Part shown: one piece after another, positions 53,034-64,000 of the stretch
How positions within the stretch are numbered: position 1 is the stretch's first letter
How the letters are laid out: every line of letters starts with the position of its first letter
From: Octopus sinensis
Taxonomy: Eukaryota
Assembly: GCF_006345805.1 (NCBI RefSeq)
Contig: NC_043004.1
Coordinates: 69,812,001-69,876,000 of the forward strand
DNA length: 64,000 bases
Direction: 5' to 3'
Notes under the pieces: generated by a model
The model's input: only the letters and a program-made list of their open reading frames with translations
Databases searched by the model: none
Told to the model about the DNA's origin: nothing
Program-made: the position numbers and the translations under genes

Positions 53034-54729
53034 TATATATATATTATATATATACACACACACATATATATATATAAAGTAAAATGTAGTCAATATGTCC
53101 ATCAAAATAGAATCTTAAAAGTATAGCATTGGATAACAGTACTTTCTACAGCATTGGGCTGACCAAAGCCTTGTAAATGGATTTGGTAGAAAACTAGAAG
53201 CCCATTATGTGTGAATATATACATGTGCATGTGTGTGTGTATAAACAGTAGAATAATAAAAAGAAAGTTCTTGGTATAGTATTATATATTTGAAAAAAAT
53301 GAGTCGAGATGGCTTTTTGAGGGGATAATTTTGATAATAATGTTTTCAGTGAGTTTCAAGCTTCAAATAGCTGTTTTCAAACTGAAAAATATATGTTTTT
53401 ACTGGTTGCTTAAATAGCAAAAGATTTAGATAACAAAATATATTAAAAAATACAAAAGCAAGTGTGTATAGAAAGAAAGAAAGAAGAGAAAGAAGGGGGA
53501 ATTGAGAACATGGGGAGAAGGAGAGTTAAGTACATCAAGAATAAAGAAATGGAATATTTTGGAATGGTCAATATCACTGACTTGTCAGAAGATGACCAAT
53601 GGGGTGACTGCTAATTTCAAGCCACCTATCCATTCAGTTCTCACAGATGGTATAAATACATAGACACACACACACACACATATATATATACACACACACG
53701 TGTATATATATGTATATATAAATGTATGTATGCTTGTATGTGTGTGTGTGAGAGAGTGTATATGTGGTAGAGATGTGTGTATATGTGTATGTATATGCAT
53801 ATATTTGTATATTGTATATATATGTGGGTGTATGTGTGTGCAGGTGTATATATGTGCATGTGTGTGTGTGTATGTGTGCATATGTATGGATGTTTAACGT
53901 CCATCTTCCATGCTGACATGGGCAGGACCGTTGACAGGAGCCGGCGAGGTAGAAAACCTACCCAAAGCTACTGTGTCTGTTTTGGCAGGGATTTTACGGT
54001 TTGATGTTCTTCCTAACACCAACCACTCTGCAGTGGACTCGGTGCTTTTTATGTGGCACTAGCATAGGTGAAGTTACTTTTGGCAAGATTTTTACAGCTG
54101 GATGCCATTCCAGATGCCAACCACATTAAAGTGTGGACTGGATGCTTTTAACGTGGCACCAGCGTTAGCTGGGTAACCAAGTAACTCACAAGACAAGGAA
54201 TTGTGAGAGGGGCAGGGAATTTATGTCAGAGGATGAAAGTTAGAGTGGCAAAGAGACAGAGGCATGCCTTACCACAACAGAGGAGGCATTAGAGGAGGTG
54301 ATCCAGTATCAAATGATAAAAGGTTAGAGTAACCGAGAAATAGAGAGGCAGAAATAGGTACCTTGCTATAGAGGAGGGACATGGTTACCCAGAGAGAGAG
54401 GTCAAAAACCAGAAACAAGTGTACTGATGTAAAAGTGATACTTGGTTACCTAGTCAGAGGGAAAACAAGAGAGAGAGAGTGACCAAAGGGTAAGAAAGTA
54501 GGAAATAGCAAAAGTGTGAGAGAGCAGAAGTGATAGTGTAGTGCTAGGGTATACTCAGAACAAAAATGAGCATAAAACCTGGTTAGAAAAATAAGGTGGT
54601 GGGGATGTGGGGAACAGTGATACAGTGAGCAGGGCAGTTGAGAGCAAGAAAGGGGATTGGAAAACAATCATAATGTATGAGGAGGAAATGTGAGGAAGAG
54701 AAAGATGCAATTAGGAGTTGTAGTTTGAT

Positions 54730-54792
<63 letters not shown>

Positions 54793-55688
54793 GTGTGTAC
54801 ATCATACTACCTGTGAGAACTGAATGAATAAGTGACCTGAAATCACTAGGCACCCCACTGGTCATCTTCTGATTGACCACTCCAAAATATTCCATTCCAT
54901 TTATTCTTGAAATACTTAACTCTCTTTCCCCCTATGTTTTCAATTACTATTTTTATATTTATTTTTACCTTTAGCTTTATTTAATTTTTTTCCTTTTTCT
55001 TTCTTATACATACGTGCTTTTGTATTTGTTTATATATTTCTTTTACCATTTAAGAAGAGTAACTCGCTGTAAACATTATTTTTCAATAAAAATTATCCCC
55101 ACAAAAAAGCCATCTCTATTCATTTTCTCAAATATATAAATAGAAATAGAAATGGCATGACAACAAAAGAATGAATGAGACCTCGATATCATGTATTCAC
55201 ATAATATTGAGGTCTCATTCATTCATTTATCTGTGTATATAATACGCACGTGTACGTTTCCCTGTTCCGACATCATGTGATCGTTGTACACAAGTGACGT
55301 ACACTTCCAATCTTACATGAAGTCATGTAAACCTTGCCTGGAAACAGGCGAGAACCGGTAACTACAACGGTATGTAGGTGTAGAAAATTTGCCTCAACCA
55401 ATTCCTTATGACCCATGCAAACATGGAAATGTGGACATTAAATAATGATGATGCAATGGTTTGAAGACTTTTGAGCATGAGATTGCTGAGAGCTGAAGGG
55501 AGAAGAAATAAACAACAAAAACAACAACTACTCCTGCAATACAAATACTGGGTGATTTGTCAATAGTAGAAGTAATGGAAGAACAGATGCAAGTTTAACA
55601 GAAGACATTAGTGAACAGATTGAGTTTAAGACTGAATGCTCAATAGATTAAGCTTTGAATATCAAAAGATACAGGTTTAAAACAGTCC

Positions 55689-55863
55689 ACTCCTTTGCTC
55701 CCTCCCATATTCTGGATGCTGCAGTCAATGGAAGGGTCACTGCTTCCGTAACCAAACGGAAGAAACCTTGAAGTATCAGGACCTGACAGTGAACTATCTC
55801 TTCCAACCTGTGGCGTTTGAGACGTTCGGAGGGACTAGGCCATTAAACGGGAAGTTCTTGTCA
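55689..55863 (+). mobile_element. Fragment of a CRE-like non-LTR element (RLE domain), near-identical to 63165-63330
   Basis: About 175-bp shared block translating to DSFAPSHILDAA and KYQDLTVNYLFQPVAFETFGG. Confidence 0.65.
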
Positions 55864-56401
55864 TTGGTCACTCCTTGAACAAGTGTTTTCTGCTATAGCC
55901 CTGGGCCGACCAAAGCCCTTGAGTAGATTTGGTAGACGGAAACTGAAAGAAGCCCGTCGTATATGTGTGTGTGTCTTTGTGTCTGTGTTTCTCTATCTCT
56001 ACCACAGCTTGACAACCGGTGCTCGTGTCTTTACGCCCCCATAACTTCGCGGTTCAGAAAATGTGACTGATAGAATAAGTACCGGTACTTAAAAATGTGC
56101 AAGTTTGAGAAGTCTTGGTCAAGAAATGCAGGTAGTGATAGCTTTAATAAAACACAAGTGGCAGGTTTCATAGAAAACTGAATGGTCATTAGCAGCAAGT
56201 TCCAAAGTAGACTGAATGGCCAACAGCTGCAACCTTAAGATAATGATCAACAGATGCAGGTTTAGCAAAAGATTCAATAGTAAACAGATGCAAAATTTTG
56301 GCAGGCTTAATAGATGTCAATTGCAGAATTAGAGGTTGCTTTAATTGGTAACTGGTCAACAGATATACAGTTAAAGGCAGTTTTAATGGAAGACTTAGAT
56401 T

Positions 56402-57015
56402 AGTAGTTCTCAACCATTTTTTTTTTTTTTTCACTATGGAGCTCCTTTGATTCTAATTTTACTCGGATGGAACTGCATAGCCGTTTGATATTTAAAAATC
56501 CCATTATACTTTTATTAGGAATTCTATTAAAAAAGATTAAACTATTTTGTGTATTATAGAAGAACTAGCAGTATCGCCTGGCGTTGCTCGGGTTTGTAAG
56601 GGAAATAACTATATAAGCATTTTTAGAGATGTAAAGTATAATAGCCATCTCAATATGGCTAACCACAAAGGGGGGTTTTACTGTAGCTTTTTACGTTCTG
56701 AGATTTAATAATAAATTTTTAGAGAGTTACTTCCTTTATATATGCCAAAAATGCATTAAAAATGGGAAAAAATTATGGTAAATTTTTTTTTAAATCGTAG
56801 ACTCATCGTAGACACGCGCTAATACCCAGAAGGGCTCGATATGAATCACGACTATAAGATACCCGGTTTTGGTTAAGCTGCACCACAAAATGTGGGAGTA
56901 GTTAGGAATCTAAATCGTAGGAGACAAACACACAACCTTACTTTTATATATAAAGATTTATTGCACATAATGTTTAACAAGAAAATCTTATGTGGACCCC
57001 AATTGAAAACCAGGG
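56402..57015. mobile_element. Degenerate hAT MITE (same family as 248-473) split by a Helitron insertion
   Basis: Ends AGTAGTTCTCAACC / ATTGAAAACCAGGG. Flanks acttagat / cctaagat match at 6 of 8 positions. Confidence 0.6.
56565..56956 (-). mobile_element. Non-autonomous Helitron, copy 3
   Basis: Reverse complement of the 12680 family, with a TC start at 56956 and a CTAG end at 56565. Confidence 0.85.
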
Positions 57016-57731
57016 CCTAAGATGAACAAGTAATGATATATTTTACAGAAGACAATCTTCAAACATCTACAAGTATTGTTACATTTAATAAAAGACTTGA
57101 TAGTCAATAGATATAAGTTTAATAGATTACTAAATGATCAAGACAATAGCAGGTTTGATAGAAGATTGGAGTGACAACAAATGCACAGGTAACAGCTTCA
57201 ATAGAAGACCAAATGATCAATAGATGCAACAGCAGAGTTTCAATATATGCTTGGTCAACATATGGGTATGTTTAATTAAAAGATTATATGATCAACAAAT
57301 GCAAATTTCACAGAAGACTTAACGGTCAACTAAGGGCAGAAATGACAGTTTAATAGAAGACAGAGCAATCAACAGATGCATTTTATTGGCAGGTTTAATA
57401 GAAAAGTAATCAACAGTAGCTCAATTAATATCAGATTTACTAGAAGACTAAATGGTCAACGAAGGCCAGAAATAACAGCTTTAATAGAAGACTGAACAGT
57501 CAACAAGTCCAAGTATTATAAGATTTAATAAAAGACTAAATGATCAAAAAGATGTGCAAAATGTTACAGGTTTAATAAAAGAATGAACAGTCAAAGATGC
57601 AAATAGAGGACTAGTTTAATGAGACTGAATCGCTAAAGATGCAATTAATGACATACAAGACAATGTTCAGATTGACACATTGTTACAGTTTATTGAAAGA
57701 ATGATCAAAGATGCAAGTAGTGACAGGTTTA

Positions 57732-57953
57732 CCCTTTTGATACCAACCCGGCTGAAACTGGCTCTGGCTCTGAATACAAATATTCTGCTTTCATAAGTTT
57801 TGAATTAAAAATCTTCCACCAAACCTTAGTCACAATTTATGTCCCTAACACTAGCTGAATGATAACTAAGTTATTTTACTAAATTCTTTGTTATATTTAA
57901 AATTAATTAAAAGAAACACAGAACATTTCAAAATAAATACAGTAACGAAAGGG
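57732..57953. mobile_element. piggyBac-like MITE
   Basis: TTTA|CCCTTTTGATAC ... GTAACGAAAGGG|TTAA. Confidence 0.6.
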
Positions 57954-59796
57954 TTAATATGAAACTGAATGCTTGAGATGGATTCAGTGACATACCATTA
58001 TCACCAACAATGTCGGTTTTCCATGCTGGCAAGCTAGAGAACTGTACCAGGTTCTGCTTTGGCATAGTTTCTACAGATGGATGCCCTTCTTAATGCTAAG
58101 CACATTACAAAGTACACTGAGTGCTTTTTACATGGAACCAGCACCAGTGAGGTCACCATTGTAACTTACAAGACAAATTCCCCCTCAACTGTTGGAAGAG
58201 GCTTCATGCCAGGCGATCAGATGTTAAGATACGATAGAGGGATAGAAACTGGTGTCCTGTTCAGAAGAGATACATGGTTACGCTAGTTGAAGAAAGGAGA
58301 GAAAATAATGTAATTTGAATGTTCAACAGATGCAACTTTAAAAGGAGATTAAACAGTCAATAGATGCACAAGGAATAGGCAGATCTAATAGATGCAGTGC
58401 TCAATGATACATGATGGGGCAGATTTAATGAGACTGAATGGTCAACTGAGTCATGTAATGGCAACTTGAAAGGAAAACTGTCAACAGATGCCAACAAACC
58501 AGCAGTTCTAATAGAAAACAGACGAGTCAAGAAAAACAAATAGCAGCAGCAATAATAGTAACACATAAGCTGCACTCAACATGGCACCTTTGACAAGTGT
58601 CTTCTACTGTAGCCATAGGCTGACCAAAGCCTTGTGAGTGGATTTGGTAGACAGAAACTAAAAGAAGCCCGTGTGTGTGTGTGTCTTTGTGTTTGCGCCC
58701 CACCGTCGCTTGACAACCGGTGCTGGTTTGTTTACGTCCTCGTAACTTAACGGTACCAGGCTTTAACAATATGAACTGAGGTCGATTCGTTCGACTTTAA
58801 GCCCTCAAAGCGGAGTCCCAGCATAGTGACTTGGACCAACAAATACAGTGACGTCTGTCCACCATTAAGGGGTGTGGATTGGTCAGTCAGATCCAATAAT
58901 GGTGAGAACAGCCGGGCAGGTCAACTGATACACTAGTGACCATCAATTGTGGCCAGCTGTAATAGGACAAGCCAACCAAGGAGTGTCTACGAGATCACTC
59001 GAACAGTAAGCAATAGCAGTCGAATACACCCTTCCTGGCTAATGGAATTCGGGACATAACACTAAAAATGCGGAGAGGTCATGGAAGGCTCAATCTGAGC
59101 TAAATTAAGAAAATCAGTGATAGAAAAAGTCCAACCAACATAAAAGGCTTCATAGAAATAAGAGGTATAATTTCTTAAGATCACATTTTACTGTTTTAAA
59201 ATGAAGGCAGGGGCACAAACAATTTAATTCTGGATATGCAAAATGATGGGATAGTCACGGCTGGAACGTCGTTCATAGCACATAAAGGTCTACGTTCTCC
59301 CAACTCTGTCCAGAAAAAAAATCGCCGTTTAAATCATTTTTCATTCACACACGCACACACATATATATGTGTGCAAGGTTTGTATTAGTGTGCGTGTGAC
59401 TAATTAGCACTAGTACGTGCGTGCATACACAGGCGTCCTGATACTATGTACTTGTGAGTAACTATAAACTCTAGCGTGTGTGTACGCGTACGAACGTCCG
59501 GATACACTATGGCACTACTAGTGGGTGTGTAACACTATATGCACTTGTATGTATGTACGTACGTGAATGTATGTGTGCGCCTGCTTGTGGCCAGGCGGGA
59601 CATCTCAACGACCATGATAATACATCTTATTACAATATACAAATCACTTTGTCACTCTATTATACACACATATGTATGTGTATATGCAATATATGTATGA
59701 GTGTATGCACATGTGTATGTGTGTATATGGTGATCTTCCATATCGAATGTATGCCGTATATATATATATATATATACATATATATAGTTCCATCTT

Positions 59797-59836
59797 TTTG
59801 TCCGATGAACGACAACGGGAAACTCAGAGTAACAGG
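59797..59836 (+). ncRNA. Minimal hammerhead candidate, second copy of the 35627 family
   Basis: TTTGT-CCGATGA-ACGACAACGG-GAAA-CTC A GAG-TA/ACAGG. Confidence 0.65.
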
Positions 59837-60080
59837 TTTTGTTGAATTTTCTGCTGCTTTAAATAAAGCATATTACTCTACCACTGGTATTTGAGTACTC
59901 TTTTTTCCACCTTGTTTCACATTTATGTGTTTACTCCGGTATATATATACTAAGTAATTAAGGGTTTAGCAACGATTTGGCTCACCACACACCGAATTTA
60001 GAAATAGCAGTCAAAGAGTTATGGCTATTCTTTCTACTTAAAAGGGAGATCCCAGTTAAAAGCACATCACTTAAAAGGCA

Positions 60081-60122
<42 letters not shown>

Positions 60123-60203
60123 TGTGTATGCAGGCACGCACAACTGTCTGTTGCATTTAATGTGTGTATATATGTATCGCGTATAGATTCGATGACAATA
60201 TAC

Positions 60204-60234
<31 letters not shown>

Positions 60235-60654
60235 TATGATATACATTATGGGCACATCGACATATAGTTTCTTCCGGTGTATTTTTATGATTGAATACAT
60301 TAGTGGAGCAACAGTGAGAAAGGTAAGTGGAATTTTCCACACTAAAATTCAAAACAGGCAGAGAATTTATTGCAATAAATATCTCCGCTCTGCTTCCCAC
60401 TTTCACGTTTTTCACTTCACTTTGAACTGGACAAACACAACATGGAATTAGAAACCTAATTATAAAGACATACATAAAGAAAAGAAACATGCATACACAC
60501 ACACATGCACGCATATATATATATATATATATTTAGACACTTATACATATATAGACACATACACGCATATACATAAGTATAGACATACACAAACACACAC
60601 ACATGTGTGTATGAGTATACACATATCTATACATAGAAGAGAAATATATTGATA

Positions 60655-61262
60655 AACTAGAGAGGGAGAGAAGCATAGATACATATAAGGAAAGTGATAG
60701 ATAGATATGCTAAGAGAGGGGGAGAAAGATACACTTACATACAGAGAGAGGGGGAAAGAAAGATACAGAGCGGGATAGATACAATATAGAGGGAGAGAAG
60801 AGAGGCGTAGATATATATATATATAGGGAAAGTGAGAGATAGATACGCTAAGAGAGGGGGAGGAGACAGATATACAACATAGAGAGGGGGGAGAAAGATA
60901 CACTTACATAGAGAGGGGAGAAATATACACTTACATAGAGAGAGGGAGAAATATACACTTACATAGAGAGAGGGAGAAAGAAAGATACAATATAGAGGAA
61001 GAGAGACGTAGATACATATAGGGAAAGTGAGAGATAGATACGCTAAGAGAGGGGGAGAAAGATACTTACATAGAGAGAGAGGGATAGATACAATATAGAG
61101 CAAGAGAGAAGAGAGGCATAGATACATCTAGGGAAAGTGAGAGATAGATAGACTAAGAGAGGGGGAGGAGACAGATATACAACATAGAGAGGGGGGAGAA
61201 AGATACACTTACATAGAGAGAGAGGGGATAGAAAGATAGAGAGTGGGATAGAAAGAAAAATA
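60655..61262. repeat. GA-rich compound minisatellite
   Basis: Recurrent units such as GATACACTTACATAGAGAGAGGGAGAAA and GATAGATACGCTAAGAGAGGGGG. Confidence 0.8.
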
Positions 61263-61614
61263 CTGTATATAGGCACTATATACACTAAAATATATACATG
61301 TAGAGAGAGCGCGCGTACATACACCAACACATAGTGTATATGCGAGGTAGATAAGCTATGTAGACATAGACATGATGAGTAATAGCACAAATGAAAGCAG
61401 TTAATGTGGCTTTAATAAACGTGGTTTTATTGGCATATGCATATATTTGGGAGGCTTTTTTTATGTGTATATATAAGTATTTGTTTTCGTGAAAACGTAA
61501 GTGTAAGGAATAATGTCCTGGAGAGAAGAAGACGGCGCTGATTATGAAAATATTACAAGAGAAGAAGATAACAATTGGCATGACAGAAACAGAGATGGAT
61601 GATTAAATTCTCAC

Positions 61615-61778
61615 CTGGGACCTCTCATACCAAAGCCACCTCTGGGACCTCTCGGGGGGCCAGGTCCCATAGGGTATCTATTCCCCATCGGTGATTTATA
61701 GCCGTCATTATCTGGTTTGTGCGAGTCTTGATTGTTTGAGACATTTGAAGCCGAAGATGATGTATTGTCTTCCGCCAT
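61615..61778 (-). CDS. TCERG1: TCERG1-like exon 1 (MAEDNTSSSASNVSNNQDSHKPDNDGYKSPMGNRYPMGPGPPRGPRGGFGMRGPR)
   Basis: ATG at 61778 in GTAATGG context. The track ORF start at 61841 is a TTG. Donor CAG|GTGAGA at 61614, phase 2, which joins in frame to exon 2. Confidence 0.85.
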
Positions 61779-61835
61779 TACGTCGTGTGCCTGAGAGAGA
61801 AACTGCAAGGGATTGTGGGTAACGACCAAGACTCC

Positions 61836-61853
61836 AGCCAATCAGCCAATCAG
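61836..61853. promoter_or_regulatory. Two overlapping CCAAT (NF-Y-type) boxes about 60-75 bp upstream of the TCERG1 ATG
   Basis: AGCCAATCAGCCAATCAG contains two AGCCAATCAG matches to the RRCCAATCA consensus, in CpG-enriched sequence. Confidence 0.6.
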
Positions 61854-63139
61854 ATCGCTCCGTTTCCGCTACGTATTAACACTGTTAGTATCGTTAGTTC
61901 TTCTCCTGTTGGACTGAATTTCTACACGCAGCCAGGCACGTGTTCATGTCCCTCTCTTGCTGTCCTGTACAGGCCTACATCTTCATCTTATAATATAATA
62001 TTCGTAGTTAAGATGCTTTGATATTAAATCAACCCCTTCCAAGAATTCCATCATTAAACTCAGAGCGTAGAGGGCCGAAATCCCCACTGCCGACGCTCTA
62101 ATTGTCTTCAACCAATCTATATACCATAACGCCGGTATTTCCTTCTCCTGGTCATAAAACTACCCAGGCTGAAAAACAAAAACTATCTTAAAGTAATTTA
62201 TACACTCGTTCCAGCTATTATCTTTGTTTTCGGTCTAATATGGTAATTCCATTCATCTCTAGAATCCCTGACATAAAATCGACCCCGCTCTCTAAAGAAA
62301 AATGCCAAGCTGAACTCAGAATGTCTAATGTATTTTTTTTTTTTTACCTTAGGCATAAGGGCTGAAATTTAGTGGGGTGGAGTTGACCGATTATTTTATC
62401 GACTAAGTACTTATTTTATCAATCTCAAAAAGATGATAAGCAAAGGCGACCCCGGCGGTATTTAAACAATCTAATGTACTATAATGACTATATTTCTTTA
62501 GCTTGGTCACCATTATCCAGGTTTAAATCAATAAATAATTATCCGCAAACGCAGCCAAGCACGTGTTTGCGTCCCACTCAGGCTGTCCCATTCAGACAAA
62601 CATCCTTTTTCAGATTTATTAATATCTAGGACATTACAGCAGATTCCACCCTGGAAAGATGAACCCAGAATATATAGGGTTGTAAATACATCTCCGTCTA
62701 CAACGCTGTAAAGACTACTAAGAATCTACGTGCTGTATAATTGTTTCTAACAAAGATACAAGAAATTAGTCGATTAAGTCAATCCTCAATATTTGACTGG
62801 TACTTTATCTTATCGCCCCTGGTGAGTTCACTATTTACCTGCCCTGTGAACCACGTGATACACAGGACACATTTTCCTTGCGTCCATGCATCATACATTC
62901 TTTTTTTTTTTTTCGACCACTGGTGTAACTTGGGACTTGCGAAAGGAAAGCTTGCTTCGAACAGACAAAGGGTTAAAGGTAAAATAGGAAAGTCAAAACG
63001 TAAAAAGCCGGAATAAATAATGCAATGCATTTATCCGGCGCCAACTTTTCTGCCACTTCAATGTTTCTAGCATAAGCACGAGGCTTGAAAATTGTGGGAG
63101 TGCCATCGAAGAAATGCAGAATGTTAACTCAAAAGAGCC

Positions 63140-63460
63140 AGAACAAATACTGACACAGTCTGCGACTCCTTTGCTCCCTCCCATATTCTGGATGCTGCAG
63201 TCAATGGAAGGGTCACTACTTCCGTAACCAAACGGAAGAAACCTTGAAGTATCGGGACCTGACAGTGAACTATCTCTTCCAACCTGTGACGTTCGGAGGG
63301 ACTAGGCCATTAAACTGGAAGTTCTTGTCAATGTTGGCAGCTCGCCTCACCGAGGTGCCAGGGGATACCTGTAAGGGCGCTTGGCTTTCCCAACGCCTTA
63401 GCCCCACCATTACCCATGGTAATGCTGCTAGCATGCTGGCTTGCTTCAGTAGGCACTGTT
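63140..63460 (+). mobile_element. 3' end of a CRE-like (restriction-like endonuclease) non-LTR retrotransposon, frameshifted
   Basis: DTVCDSFAPSHI, KYRDLTVNYLFQPV and WLSQRLSPTITHGNAASMLA resemble the D-x-T / K-x-x-K-Y / QRLS..IQRGNAAS motifs of RLE LINE C-termini as I recall them. Confidence 0.65.
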
Positions 63461-64000
63461 AAACCTTATCGTGTGCGATCTGTTGATGTGATAAAAAAAA
63501 AGTTCCCCATAAATGGTTTCAATACAGTTTGAACAGAAAGATTTCGAAGAATTAGATGAAAGTTCTCCGGTAATTTTCTTTCGTGTAAATAAATGTTTTA
63601 TGTTAATTTTAAAATTTGCCAGCAAAAACTTATAAAATGACAATGTTCTGAAAGATATACATGTTTATATGTTATATATGAAAATAAAACTTTGAAATAC
63701 TGGGAGGCATTTCTTTCAACGGTTGAACAGTTCTGCCAATCGACAACACTAATAACTGTTTTTAATCTAGGCCCAAGACCAGCAGTTTTGAGGAGAAGGG
63801 TTGATTACATCAGCTCCAATACTTGATTGCTACTTTATTTTATCAACCCTGAAAGGCAAAGTCGACCCTAGCAGAATTTGAACTTGGAATTTAAAGAGCC
63901 TGAAGAAATGCCACTTAGCATTTTTCTCCACCGTGCTAATGATTCTGCCACTCACTGCCCTAATAATAATAATAATAATAAATGCCCTGATGCAGTACCA

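Larger units (their letters stand above)
55560..58545 (+). repeat. Highly degenerate tandem array, unit about 35-50 bp, consensus roughly GGTTTAATAGAAGACTGAATGGTCAACAGATGCA, interrupted by TE insertions
   Basis: Dozens of recurrent TTTAATAGAAGACT...GTCAACAGATGC variants. Confidence 0.75.

Noticed and set aside
61779-61841. N-terminal extension of exon 1 suggested by the ORF track
   Set aside because: It starts at a TTG inside the CCAAT region. The ATG at 61778 has the good context.

Overview
AT-rich, microsatellite- and SINE-dense animal genomic DNA. Its SINE families and repeat landscape look like an octopod cephalopod (Octopus), which is an inference. The window holds the 5' part of one protein-coding gene on the minus strand, a TCERG1/CA150 (transcription elongation regulator 1) orthologue. 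I reconstructed it by hand as 11 phase-consistent GT-AG exons, from an ATG at 61778 to the lead-in of WW3 at 1650; the gene continues off the left edge. Intron 1 is 42.3 kb (19320-61614) and is packed with mariner remnants, MITEs (hAT, Tc1, pogo, piggyBac-like), non-autonomous Helitrons, RTE and CRE-like LINE fragments, tRNA-derived SINEs, a decayed satellite and microsatellites. The most interesting unexplained signal is a set of short elements, unrelated in sequence, sitting in (TA)n tracts and carrying minimal type-I hammerhead-ribozyme folds with palindromic helix III. One has a compensatory U3-A8 core pair. Several are long inverted repeats with the same polarity, the ribozyme-sense arm always downstream of its antisense arm. 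These look like Penelope-like-element termini or retrozyme-like elements. Almost all ORFs in the supplied track are repeat-derived noise. All alignments and folds were done by eye; no searches were run.
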